A program made the position numbers and the translations under genes. 64,000 nucleotides of DNA from contig RSEE01000012.1 of assembly GCA_003971905.1 (NCBI GenBank), positions 558,001-622,000 on the forward strand, read 5' to 3'. Source of the stretch: Moniliella sp. 'wahieum' (lineage: Eukaryota). Shown in pieces: positions 48,946 through 62,231 of the stretch (within the stretch, counting starts at the first letter, position 1; every line of letters begins with the position of its first letter). Under the pieces are notes generated by a model, which had not been told where the DNA came from, ran no database searches, and saw only the letters and a list, made by a program, of their open reading frames with translations.

Positions 48946-51900
48946 ATGTGCGCCCCCCGTTCTCTTCCACAGCACCACATCCTCTGTTTTGTTACCTCCA
49001 TACCCCAGGCTTACATCTCTATCAACAGTGTAGAGTACGATGACCGGGTCCTTCGACCGTATTCACCCCTCCTCTCCCACCGCCTGTCCTTTCTCCAGGT
49101 GCACCCCCCTTCCCCCCACCAGATTGATCCGCTCGTGTCTACTCTTTCTCTTGAAACGGCTGAGAGCGACGAAGACTTCGATCCTTGTCCAGTTCAACCC
49201 TTACCCGTTTGTTGGGGATCACCCAAATGGGACGCGTCGATCTTTGACTCCCTTGCCTCCTCATTGGGAGGAAAGGATTCGTTTCGCTTCCTCCAAGATC
49301 CATCCTCCCAGGGGCATTGGACACAAGACCAATCACCGACACAGCCCAACCGCATCGGTCATCTCGACACCACTGAGTACGAAGGATATGAACTATTCCA
49401 GCTCTCAATCTGACCACTACATTACATGGCATCCTGCGCGCCGTACCACCTTACGCACTATTGACGGAGCATCAAGCTCGGATGAGTCCGTTTCACCCAA
49501 GGGGTATTCGCATAAGAAAGGAGAGGAAGTATTTCCCAAGCGAAGCTCGCGTCAGATTCGCTTGTCCTGATGATCCTACACGCTCACAGACGGGCAGTAA
49601 AGGGGTTCTAGCAGCATGTGGTGGTGGTGGTGCAGGAGGGAAAAACAAAACGTCAAAGGGTACTTTCTATCTGTGTACCGATACCTCCCCCGCAGCAAGC
49701 ATTTTAAGATTCTTCTCCCTGCAATCTTGGTCTCCATTCTACGCGGCTTGGCTCCACCAGTTATGACTAAACTGTTGGGTGAGGTATCAAACGCTATGTC
49801 CCAGTTTTGGAAAGGCGAGCAAGATGGCTCTGGATTCTGCCCGGCCCCCTCTCAGTCCGGAGGCACGTGCTGCAATTCGAGCCGCCTGCGCTCACCAACT
49901 CAATGCTCGTGTTCGGACGGTTTGTGCAATTTTTGCTGCCATCTCCCTGGCTGTGATTGTGCTGGGTGTTCTAGGAACGACACACTGTGGATTCATGCGG
50001 TGAGAACGTGGGGAAATCGATTCGGCTCCTCTCATTTGATGCTTTGACACGCAAACCCATGAGCTGGTACGATGGAGACGGCAGGTGCCTCGTCCAAAGG
50101 GCCGATACCAAAGAAAAGAGTAAAAAAGGCAATGAGGAGTCCAAAGGGAAACCTGAATCTATGGGCCCATCTGGAGCTGGCGGTATGATGACTCGTTTTG
50201 TTCGGTGCGTCCCGTCCCCACACCTGTCTTTAGGAGTATATAAACCTACTGACTTGAACTTTCTAGAGACACGGATGAGATCCGTATCGCAGCAGGGGCA
50301 CCAATGGGGCAAGCGTTGCAGCAAATCTCGACTATTGTTTCTTGCTTGGCCGTGCTCTTGCCTCATCTTGGTCTTTGGCGCTGGTTGTTCTCTGCTCGTT
50401 CCGTAAATATGATCCTCACTGGTGTCACCTTCAACTAGGAGCTCCTTGGATCTTGAAAGAGCGCAAAATGGTCGAGAAGGCTCCGGTCATGTCGAACGCA
50501 CCGTCACTGCCATCTCGACAATCAAGGTTTTCAACACCCAGCAGGAAGAGGCTTCACGGTTTCAAGCTCTTCTGGTCCATGCACGAAAGGTGTATCTGAG
50601 GTCGACTTTAATTTGGTCGGGAAGGTTTGGCCTGACGGCTTTACTCACATTCACCATGTTCGTCAAGGTTTCTGGTACGGTACCTTGCTTGTTAAGCAGG
50701 GGAAGATGTCGCCTGGGGCTGTCATGACCGTTTTTTGGGCTGCTCTTATGGCTTCGACTCGGGTTGGGACTCTTCTCCAGTTGGTTGGGACGCTTCATCG
50801 CGGCCAGATTGCTCTAAGACGGATCCAATCCTGGTTTGAGCGTGAGCCAGGGTCCTACGACCCCACTCCGTTTCTTGAAGGGAACAGGATCAGCCTGTGA
50901 CCGCTTATCCTCTACGGGAATAGGCCGTGAGCATCCTTCTTTGATCTTCGCTGGTGCTTTGCCCCCCACAATTTGCCTTGGCGAAATCGTATTCCACGGT
51001 GTCAACTTCCGCTACCCAACACGACCTGAAGCGTTAGCCCTGCAAGACGCTGATATACGCATCCCGTCGGGCAAGGTTACCTGCCTGGTTGGCCGCAGTG
51101 GGAGCGGGAAATCGACTGTGGCAGGGATTCTCCTCTCTATGCCCCCGAACAGGGATTTGTATCCCTTGATGGGCGCCCTCTTTCGTCGCTTCCGTCTCAT
51201 TTCATGCGTTCCAACATCGCCGCTGTGACCCAGGTACCAGTGGTGTTCAGTATGTCAATTAGAGACAATATTGCCCTGGGTGCATGTTCCGGTATGTCGG
51301 GCCGGGATGCAGCCATGGTGCAAACGGTACCGCATGACCGGATTGAAGCTGCGGCGCGCGTCTGGCTTTGCTGCACGACTTTATCATGACCTGCCTCAAG
51401 CCTACGATACATTGGTTGGGACCGGGGGTATCTCGCTTTCGGGGGGTCAGGGTCAGCGTTTGGCTCTAGCCCGTGCTGTGCTGTGCTGATCCGGCTGTAT
51501 TGATTCTCGATGAGGCTACCTCCGCCTTGGACGTGGCCTCACGGTCTTTGGTACATGCCGCTCTGAACCAGACCAGAAAGGCCGCACCACTATTGTCATC
51601 ACACACTGTCCCAAGTGGAAGGAGGAGAATATTTACGTCCTGGACCAAGGCAAGGTCGTTGAACATGGCAAGTGGGACTATCTTGTGTCTCTCCCCGATG
51701 GGGTGTGTGCCCAAATCTTTTCGACTGCCATCCAAGACGGGCCACCTCCGCCCTCGTCGATTGTTCCAGATGTTTTCCCACCTTCCTTCCTCTCGCTGGA
51801 AGAGGATGAGGAACAAGATGGGGACGAAGAGAGCGAAGATGATGATCTGAGTGAGCATGATGTGGAGGTGTGGGGTCGGGCTCTGGAGTTAACTGTGGGA

Positions 51901-54035
51901 CAGAGGGCGCAACCACGGAATAGTATGCGCAACTCTTCCCTGTGGATTCGTTCTAGGATGGAGCCTCGCCGAGCTCCACCGTCCCCCTGACACGAGTCAG
52001 CGTGATCTCCTCGGCGTCGGAAGGTTCTTATGCCAATGACTGGGATGTTATTAATATGGCAAAGGCGGGGTCGATGAGCCGGTCAAGGCGTAGTACCGCC
52101 GCCCTTTCTCGGAGGAGGAAGGGTGTATCCACTATATCGACCATTTACGAGGATGGTGGGGAAGTGCAGAATGGTCCCTCCACTTCCAGCCCCCCCGAAC
52201 CAGCTCCCACTGCAGTATCGGGGAAAGACCGTCGGTATGGGGATCGATCAAACTCGCAATCAGGCAAGTTCCCAACAAACCCGTCCTCTTTTTGGTCTGT
52301 TGGCCACAGTCATTGACGGTCTCGCGGCTCCTTCATTTTCGCTTGTCCTGGGACGCTTGATGGCGGATGGGCGGAGGCTTGCCCATCGCCCACTCAACCA
52401 TTTTGACCATGAGCATGGCGCTCTTGGGGCTGGCCATCGCTCGAGGTCTCGCTACGTTTGGACGTTATATGCTGCTCGAGTCGGCTGCCGACGAGTGGGT
52501 CAATTCGCGTCGGCTGCAGGCTTACCGTGCTATTTGGCCCAAGACAAATCGTGGTTCGATACTTCCTCCTTGGCTTCATCACAGAAAATCACAACGTGCA
52601 TCGCCAAAGATGCCGAGGACGCACGCAAGCTCATCGCGTTTGCATTGGGTGAACTGTTGAGCTCGGCGTGCCTGATGACTGGGTCTTTGGTGGTGTCGTT
52701 TGCGTTTGGATGGCAATTAACATTGCTGGGATTGGGTTTTGGGGTGCTCTTCATATTGATTTTTGGGTGGAATGCACAGGCACTGGCACGAAGCGAGGCT
52801 CGCAACAAGCTCCTCAGAAGAGTGTTCAAAGGGTCTCTTTCTCCTTGTTTCGCACATCCGCGCCATCCGCTCCATGGCTCTCGAGCCCGTCTTTGGCACC
52901 ATGTTCAGCGAAGCTGTTGGGGCAGCCTACCGGGACGCAATGCGCACTGCACCACTAAATGGGTTCGGCGGGGGCGCTGCTGAGGGGATGCAGTATCTAG
53001 CCGAGGCGGGGATCTATGGCCTAGCATCCTTCCTCTTGTCCCGGGGGACCTGTGATCTTACGCAGGTCACAACCACACTCAATGTGCTCATCTTTGCCGT
53101 CAGCTTTGCCGGACAAGGCGCCATCTACATCCCCCTTCTGTCCAAGTGCACTAGAGCTCATGTGGACCTGGAAAGATTGGGCTCTCTCCTGTTGGCCAGG
53201 TTCCGAGGCCGAGGGCGAGCTAAGCCCTGCTATGATGCAAGGGGGTCCAGTTCCGGGACGTTGCCTTCTCCTACCCCGCTGCACCTCAAGTTCCTGTGCT
53301 CAAAGGTGTCAACTTGACCATTGCGCCAGGGGAACGCGTAGCGATTGTGGGCAGCAGTGGATGCGGGAAATCAACGATGGCCGCGCTGCTACAACGTCTG
53401 TATGAGCCAACCAGAGGGTCCATTCACTTTGATGGGACTCGCTCCAATCAAATTATGGTCCGCTTTTTGCGGGATAAGCTGGCAGTGGTGAACCAAAGCC
53501 CCGATCTGTTCCCTGGGTCGATTGAGGAGAACATTGCCTATGGTTCAGCCCACATGGTTCTTTCCAGCAATGCTTCCAGTTGGGAGCTGTTCCCGGCAAA
53601 GGAGGCCTTGGACAAGGCGACGCGGGAAGCCCTCGTGTTGGACTTTGTTGCGTCTTTGCCCGACGGACTCAAGACAGTGGTGGGCGAGCACCAGACGGCC
53701 TTGTCGGGGGGACAAGCGCAGCGTGTGGCGTTGGCACGCATGCTGGCTCGAACGGAGGCACGATTGCGTGTCCTGGACGAATTCACAGCTGCCCTGGATC
53801 CAGCAACCCAGATGGGCGTTCTGGATTCCGTCTTGTCTCGATCTACCTTGCCGAGAAGGGCAAAGATCGAAAGACGACGGTTGTTGTGACACACAAGGTG
53901 AACATTATGCGGCGGTGCGACCGTGTGATTGTGCTGGATCAGGGGCGGGTGGTGGAGCAAGGTCCGTTCGATTCGCTTTTGGCGCGTGGGGGGGCACTGG
54001 CTCATTTGGTTGCCTCAAACGAGGCAGAGCAGTAA
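48946..54035 (+). CDS. Full-length ABCB transporter, Ste6/Mam1 (lipopeptide pheromone exporter)-like
   Basis: TMD-NBD-TMD-NBD layout; Walker [10 protein letters not shown] and GSSGCGKST; signature LSGGQ twice; Walker [11 protein letters not shown] and [18 protein letters not shown]. Start uncertain, many indels. Ste6 orthology is inferred, not tested. Confidence 0.8.
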
Positions 54036-54440
54036 GAGACTGGGAAGTGTATAATAGCTATCGACTGAAGTACCGCAACTTGGCACTGATGAACGTCTTC
54101 CATAATACCTCATATGATCTTTTCTTAGTTACTGTGCGTCTTTAGTACGCATTATTTTCTCGGATTGATCTCTGCTTGGCTTGTGAGACTTCATGCACGA
54201 CCGGGCATGGCCTGATGTGCGGAGAGGTGCAATTAGTAAGCTGTCCCGTAGTAGGAGTCCTACATGCGCCTAGATGTGTGGAAGAGAGAGATCAATATGA
54301 CGAGGGACAAAACAAGTTGCCAGTGAAGTTTGGCGTGTAAATAGAGACGGAGAGACGAGGGGGGGGTATGGACATGTTGCCGCAAAAGTGCTTGCAAATG
54401 GCCTGCAGTACATCAAAAAGGGGGGAAAGGAAGCGGCATC

Positions 54441-57400
54441 CTACGCACGGATTACCGTTCGACCGTCAGAGGCGGGATGGGGCCCGGGCTGATCATTGTC
54501 CGTCAACTTGGTTGCCACAGAAGGGGAGACTTTGTACCCCTTCGCTCGGACGAATCCAAGCGAAGATTCCAGGTCGGTGGCAGAGTCCTCGCCTGGAGTG
54601 ACATGGGACAAGGAAGACAGTCTACTTTCTGGTGAGAGGGAAGGAGGTTGGGTTTTGGCCCGGTTCAGGTGCGGATGGGCGGGCTTGTGGGAGCGCAGGC
54701 GGTTGCTCATCCCCTTTGCCCCCTTGGACCGGCCTGACTTGCCTGCTTTTTTCGGTTTGTTTCCTCCGTCGGTCTCGTCCGCTGCATCCTCTTCAGAGTG
54801 CTGGAAGGTGAGGGCACGCATAAAGTTCTCCACCTTGCGATGTGCACCGCTTCCCATTGAAGTGGCAGGCACCGAGGAAAGAGCATCGTCCCGCTCGGTC
54901 TCGGCGAACGTTTCCTCTGTCTCAGGGGGATGTGCCGACTTGGTCAACACTTCTTCCGATGCGCCCGGGCCTTTGCGAGGCTCCTGCCCCTCGAACTGGG
55001 CGGTACTGGGTGGTTCAGGTGAGCGCTTTGCAGTAACATGCCTCGCCGTGGCTGCTGCGGTAAAGGAAGAAGTAGCAGCCGTGAGGGCCAAGGAGGAAAA
55101 AGTGCCGAAGGAAGTGGTCTTTTTGCGTTTGGGTTTCACTGCAGCGCCAACCTCCACCACCTCCTCCCCCGTCGAAGGGAAGGCGACCGAGCCGGAGAGG
55201 GTAGAGGTTGAAGTGTTGCCCGAGTGGGGAGGAGTCACTTCCGCCTTGGTGCTGGAACCACTGCCACGGAAACTGAGCGCTTGGCGCATGTTGCTAGAGA
55301 ACGACCGAGAGCCATGCCAGGTGCCCATCTCGTCGGCGTTGTAGTGACCGCAGCCGAATCGGACGCGGTGCGGTCTGCAGCGGTCAAAGGAGCAGGAAGA
55401 GTGGAGTGAGATGCAGGCGGGGTGCGATCCCCGGTTCCGCCATGGGAGGGTTTATGCCTGCGACGAAACGCCATGCGCCAAGAGGAATCGGTTGGTCCCA
55501 GTGTAGAGGAGGCAATCTCGTCGACAGCGTCGGGAGTAGCTGTGCCGGAGCCGGAGCCGGATCCCAAAGCGACCATGGGCGGCGCTGAAGACTCAGTTGC
55601 AGCGTAGTGCCATTATGCTCACTTGTCCCAGCCCCCTCAGGTCCGGTAGACGCAATGTCCAGGACCCGCATCTTGGCTGATGGAGTATTGCTCAGTAGTG
55701 CAGGCTCACCCGCTGATTTGCGTCGCTGCAACCGGGCCGCCGCTGCCGCTGCTCCAGCACCCGCGCTAGATCCACCCATGATCCGCCCAAAGCCTGTACT
55801 GGACGCGGCAACAGCGTGGGTCGAGTTGAGGTAAGGCGTGAACGGCCAATCGCCGCCCGGGCCGTAGCGCCCAATGCCGATGCCGTCGATGTTGGAGTGG
55901 AGGCGCCCATCAGGAGCTGTGCAGGAGAGGCAACACCCAAGTGAACCCCACTGCCACTAAAGCTGCTGCTTCCCGTTCCGTTGTTGGTGCCCCGGCCTGG
56001 AGCGGTATGCACAGCAACCGAACTGGCCGACATCATCATATGCTTGTCGATGGAGCTGCACTGGGCCATAGTAGACATTTTGATGAGGCTGTCCACCGAG
56101 AAACCAGGGCTGGAAACCGCGCCTTGACTCGGGTGAATGTGGCTCGAAGAACTTGTGCTCCTCTCCGTCGGCGGGCGAGGAAGGGGCTTGTGTGCCGGAT
56201 CTATTGGCACCACCGGGGGTAGATCAGGTTCGATAGAAGAGTGAGAGAAGAGCGCATGATTGAAGAGTGACAAAAGGGGATCAGGGGGCGGTTGCTTCCC
56301 TTCTTTACTCTCTCCTTGCTGGAGATTGTTTCCCCCGGCGTGGCTGAAGCAGGTCGAGTCCCAGAATCGAGACCGAGCAAGGGAAGACTACACGGGTACT
56401 CTTTAGGATTCAGTCGGCCTGGGTGATCTGGATCGGCAGTCAGCTCGATCTGGTGGTCTAATGTGTCCAGCCAGAGATCTCTCTCCTTTTCGTTTACTGC
56501 CATCATCTCAAAATGATGATCCTGGACCGACAGGCGAAAGCATTTTGGCGCACGCGACTTGAGCAAATCATCGCTGATGTACGGCCATGTCGTAACGGTT
56601 GCTTGCGAGAGGGGGAAAAAGTGGCGGATATCGTAGGTGCCTGATTTGCGCACTTTAGCCATAAGTAGGAATTCGTCGAACAAGACGAGGGATAAGTATT
56701 TGTACCGCACTGGTGCCTCGGCAGGGGCGACAGTAACATGGTGATAAAATATTTGTAATGGCCCAGCAAGAACCACGGGGCCCATCCGACGCACAACCTG
56801 TTGGGGTAGCATGGGGTTGAGGCCCATCCGTACCATCAGCATTTTTGCCAACAGCTCCCGCTCGCGCCGACGCCCCGCGTCATCAACTTGGGCAGCAGCA
56901 ACTTTGACAGCGGCAAGAGCGTCTTCAAGCTTGGAATGAGCCTCGGGCATCTCCGAGGCATACTTGAGCATCGATGTGAGCACCAAGCGATAAAGCATGA
57001 TGCGCTGGATGGGCTTGACGAAGAAATCGTGGAAACGCAGCATAGGAGTGGAACGGGCCGTGGGCTAGTTTCAGATGGCGAAGGGGAGGGTGTGGATGCC
57101 GCAGACGCGCCCCGAATGTTGGTTGGGCGGCTGGGCGCCACTTGCACAGTATCGGGCCCCTTCTTACCCAGGGCAGCCGGGTCGGAGCTGCGGTGCGAAG
57201 ATGGTTCGCTGGAAGCTTGCGTCGAGTTACCCCCGCGCCTATGCCTGAGGTCACCATACTAGCTGAACCCGAGCCCGATCCTGACCAAGAGTCAGTCGCC
57301 GATGGAGGAGTGTTGGAACCCAACAGGTCGACTCCGCCGGGTTGAGGTCGTGCGCTGCTTCCTCTTCCTCGGCTGCGGCCCGAGCGCGGCGTTGCTCGGT

Positions 57401-59743
57401 CGCCACTGCGCGCTTGTGGACCGCCTCGTACTGCCATCGAATGAGGTCCGAGCAGGCTGTTTCATAGGCTGCCCAATCGCTCGACCTCCGATCTGCTTCA
57501 TGCACAAGCTCGAGTGCCTCGGCATGGCGCGCACAGTAATGCTGATATATAGACAATTGAGGCGCCTTGTAGGAGCAATTGGGGTCAGTTGCCTGGTTGT
57601 GTCAGGAGAATAGAAAAGAAACGTACAATCTTTAGCAGCTCCTCAGCGACTTGGACGGTGGCTTGATCGAGGTTGGAGCTCATAGCCAGTTCTAACATCG
57701 TTGCCTTCCGTCCCACTGGTTCGGCTTCTCCCCCCATACTGCGGGTACGGCGATGGGCTCCGGAACCTTTGCTTGCCGAGGTTCGGGATTTGCCGTGAAT
57801 GGGGCCTTTGGGCTCACGAATGCCATTGTTGGTTAAAATCCGGTCGAGTTTGGCGGAAAGCTGCTGATGCAGGCGAAGAAGCTCTTCAGCGTTACGGCAG
57901 ACCATCTCGAGTTTGAGGCTCTGTTCGTTAGCGTCGGTGCTGGCCTTGAAGTAAGGAAGACGAGGTAAATTTTCGAAAAATACAAGCACAAGGATGGCCA
58001 GGTCGTCGGCATAGGTTCGTTCCGTGTCGACCAGTTCAGTGAGAAGCGAGCATCTTGAGACGCCGCTGTTGATGGGATGCTGCACTTTGTCCTCCTCTAC
58101 TGGTAGTTCCATACCAGGTACTGGGTCAAGTTTACGCACAGAGGGAAAAAAAGGCTTGATTCCCGCCGTTTACAGTAGGGGGAGCAGAGGGGGTCCGCGG
58201 CGACACAATGGTCGGTAAGGAGGGAGCCCACCCAGTTTCCTTGTCCACCGTTAGCGGGGAGGGCAAGTGAGGAAAAGAAAAAGGTGTAGGATTAGTCCCC
58301 TGCACAGTGGTTCCGGCGGAGCAGAAGGGGGTGGCGAGTCCAGAAAAGACATATCAATCTGGGGTGCGGCTCCCCATCCTCATCGTCATCCTGATTCGAA
58401 GCTACACGAGCCCGTTGCGGCCATGGTGTAACAAGAGGCGGAGCATTGCGAATTGAGCCAAACGAAGCTGTGGAAGTTGCAGGAATAGATGCGGTCGACA
58501 TAGCCAGCTCATCTGAAACATGCGGCGAGTGGGGAGCCATGTCAGCTGTCGCAGCAGTACTCGTGCTGGAGGTGGCGGTGGCAGTGCTCCCACGACGCCC
58601 CAAACTGGATTTGCCACCCAGACTGGCCTTCCTCTTATGACTGGTTGGCGTAGCAAGCTACACCGAAGGAAGGGGAAGGCGAGTCGGCAGGGGGCGAGTA
58701 GAACAGTGAGTCCCCCGAGATCAAGAATGTTCAGATCGAGCGAGAGGAAAGAGGATGGGGTGGGTCCTTCCGATCCCGTATCGGCAGTTGCAAGCGGGCT
58801 GGCGAGTCGTGATCCTCGAAAAGGCAAAGGCTCCCTGTCAATCGAACCCCAAAGCTGACATGCAGCTCGACGAATTACTACTGGAGGCAACGAATTTGAG
58901 GGGCAGGAGTGCGCAACACGTGTTGTTAGCCGGCTTTGATGTAGTGGGTGAGGTGACCAGCGAGGCAGGCAGACGTATCTAAACAAAAGTTGTCAGTGGA
59001 CCAGGGATCAGAGGAAGAGAAGGGGGAGGGGAGGGAGGAGTAGAATAGGGGCCGTACTCTGCCAGGCGCAGGACTGAGGCGGCTGCGCAGCTTTCCGCTT
59101 CCAGGTCGCGACTTCCCTGCGCTCACCCCGATCCCGAACGCGTGTCGCAATCGGGATGCGCTTCGACCTGCTGGAGGTAAAGGGGGCAGCTGGGCGACAG
59201 CAGGAGAAGATGGAACTGAGCGCTGGTAGGAAATACCCTTCAGAGGAAGAGGAGGCGGCTGGTCCGTATTTCGTTTGCGCTTCTTCAGCTGCAAAAAGCG
59301 AGGGCATGCTTTTCACTCGACGAGCAACAGCATGGGCGGTATTGCCGGTGGATGATGTAATCAGAGGGGTAGTTTGCTCTGTGGTCTCAACGGCAGGGGC
59401 AGGGGCAGGGGCAGGGGCAGGGGCAGGGCAGGAGCGTGGTTGTATTAGCAGCCACGGGAGTTCGAGTAACGCCTCCTTTGACGTAGGGCGTTTGCCTGAA
59501 CTGAATCGGCCTTAGCCTTGGGGGAAGATGTTGGGGCTGGGGTAGATAGGTCTTCAGCCGAGATGAAGCCATCGTCGGGCGAGGGAGGGACGAGGAAGGT
59601 GCTGGAAAGCGGGGAGGGGAAGGGCTGCTCCCCCACTGCCGAGAGGGGTGAAGGTGAAGGTACAAGGTCAGGCTGCTGAGGCAGTGTATGGTCCGTGGAA
59701 GGGGGGCAGAAAACAGGCCACTAACAGCAGGCGAGGCAGGCAT
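54441..59743 (-). CDS. RhoGEF (DH-PH) protein with long disordered flanks
   Basis: DH CR1 LLTELVDTERTYADDLAILVLVFF, IYQHYCARHAEALELV, CR3 DFFVKPIQRIMLYRLVL, then PH-like YLSLVLFDEFLLMAK...EKERDLWLDTL. Ends approximate. Confidence 0.85.
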
Positions 59744-60066
59744 GCCACGGGGGGGGGGAGGAGGCCCTTGCGCTGTGAGTGGCGGTGGCGTTGGGCCGGG
59801 TACGGGTGCTCGGCGGGAGGAGAGGGGGGAAGGGCTGGCGCATCGTGGGCATGGGCATCATCATCGTCATCATCGCCTCCAGCATTGGCAGTAGGAGCAG
59901 AAGCGGTAAGCTCACCTCCCCTGTTGACGGCGGGGCCGGGGGCGAAGGGGGGCAGGAAGAAGAGGGCGGAGAAGAAGGGCGGGTGCCCTTGGGGGGCTGG
60001 CCATCTCGGCGAGGGCGGGAGAGAGTGTGGCGGTGGGAGAGGGCAGAGGGGTGATGTGTTTGAATG

Positions 60067-60285
60067 GGACGGATGAGATGGATGGGATGTACGAGATGGA
60101 TGAGATGTATGAGATGGGATGGATGGACGAATGGAGGGACGGATGGAGGGACGGATGGATGGACGGATGGATGGACGGATAGACGGAGGGATGGGCGGAT
60201 GGGCGGATGGGCGGATGGGCGGATGGACGGATGGACGGATGGACGGATGGACGGATGGACGAATGGTCGGAATGAATGGGATGGG
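60067..60285 (+). repeat. Imperfect tetranucleotide microsatellite (GGAT/GGAC/GGGC)n
   Basis: Read directly, upstream of the RhoGEF start. Confidence 0.9.
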
Positions 60286-62231
60286 TTAGGCGCCAACAGA
60301 TGCCAGCTGCCCACAGTCGATCGGCCAAATCCCAGCGCGAAGCATCCACAGCAAAGCACAGCCGCCCAGAGCTGGACTCAGACACATCTCAGAACCGCTG
60401 TATGAGTAACCCAGTACCTGAGTCTCAGTACTCCATACTCGTCTGCGCTGCACTGCCCAGCTGCCACGGGGCGACGCAGCGCAGATACACTGCGCTGGTG
60501 CGTGCGCTTGCCACTCCCACTGTGGATCACGTGGTGGGTTCCCCGTTGCCGGGTGCCCGTCGTTTCACACTGCATGGCCAGCCGATGCCTGCCGGGGCTC
60601 TGTCGCGCTGCTCGGCTGGTGGAGCCGCCTGGTGCATGAGCATGACACAGACCCCGCGCCAGGACCGCCCAAGGCCCGACGCCAGCCCAGCGCCAGCCAG
60701 CGCCCCCTGCGCCGCCTTGCTCGCCTGGACGTCTGATACATGATGGATGATACCGATGATGCGTGATGTGCCCCTCGTGGACCTCGCCAGTTTGCCGTCT
60801 GGCAGCTCGGAATGCCTGCGTGTCTCGTCCTCTGCACGATCTGCACCCTCTTGCGACGCAGAACCAATGACGTCAGGCACCGTGCGCTTTCGCTTTCTCA
60901 GATCTCAGATCGCATGCATCATGCATCATGCATCTGCAGACGGCCACAGCATCCGTCGCCGATTGTTCACATGCACACGACCGAGTTCCAGTTACTCAGT
61001 TGCTCATACACTCAGCACTACTGGGTTCCTGAGCGACGTACTGAGCACAGAGTCTGACTCAACTGAATACACTGAGTCTGGGTACTGAGTGAGCCCGGAG
61101 GACTCTGCATGATGCATGATGTACGATCGGTGTTCGATGCTCGGCGTCCCCCCACAGAGAAAACCTTTTTCAAACATATATCTACGTTGGAGTTCCACGT
61201 CGATAACCTAAATGAAGAGCATGGGCGCAAACCTGCGCAAACCCTTTTACCAGCCAAGAGAGGTTGGACGTTACGCGTTACGTCGGTGTTATTACGCGTT
61301 ATTGGTGCACGTCAAAAGTGGGTGTCGTCGTGAAGTCTTTTGTAAAATGACAGGTGTGTAATCAACCAACGAACTTCAATGCAGAGGTGTTGAACTAGGT
61401 GGCTCGTGCCTTGGCCAAGGTCCTTTCAGTTCCTCCTAGGCCTAGGAGTTCCGCTGTTTTCCATCTCCTGTTTTCCTCATTGTCCCGCAGCTTAGCCCCT
61501 GACGGCGACTCGCTGCATAGCTAATCGAAAATGATGGTGACAAGGTTCCAGACAGATAAATGTGAGGACTACGTACAAAATAAGGTGGACAAGGCTCACA
61601 AGATTGTGCACAAGAAATTTCGATTAGCTGCTTGATGTTCCTCGTTCCTCTGTACTAGGCGTTGCTGGTTGCCACACCACCATCACTGCCAGTGCGATTG
61701 CATTACCCTCGAGGACCACCAGGACTCCAGGTCTCATCAGAGCGCGTACTGTTTTCTTCTAGTCATAAAGTTCGACATGTTTTCTATACAAAAGTTCAAC
61801 TACTACTACTACTATGATTCCCCTCAAGGCCTCACACTCGGCCTTGGGCCGCACTGAGGCCATATACTTGCACAGGTCATGCATAATCAAGGTTCCTCAG
61901 TGCTTCGGTGGCTCTCACTCTGCACACACTCATCTGCACCACAATTTTCGCCCTCTTGAAGACCACGACGTGGTTTGAACCCCGAATGCGCTTTCCCCTG
62001 GCATTTTCCCTTTTTTCGAGGAGATAGCAGACAAGTTGTAATACACGCGCCCCAGTGGCAAGCCGGGCCAGGAATTCCAGGGGACCCCGAAAGGCGAAAG
62101 GGGATGGTTATAGCTCCGGACCAAGGCACATCAAGCGGATCATGAATGGAAGAGAGAAGAAAAGGCAAGGGAAGTACACTAAGCGACCGAACATACTACA
62201 AACACTGTATGGGAGATGTCAGTTGCCGAAC

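Noticed and set aside
48946..54035. Mating-type locus suggested by the Ste6-like exporter
   Set aside because: No pheromone receptor, CAAX pheromone precursor or homeodomain gene was recognised in the window.
59391..59430. (GCAGGG)n hexamer repeat
   Set aside because: Most likely an ordinary coding low-complexity (Pro-Ala) tract in the RhoGEF N-terminus.
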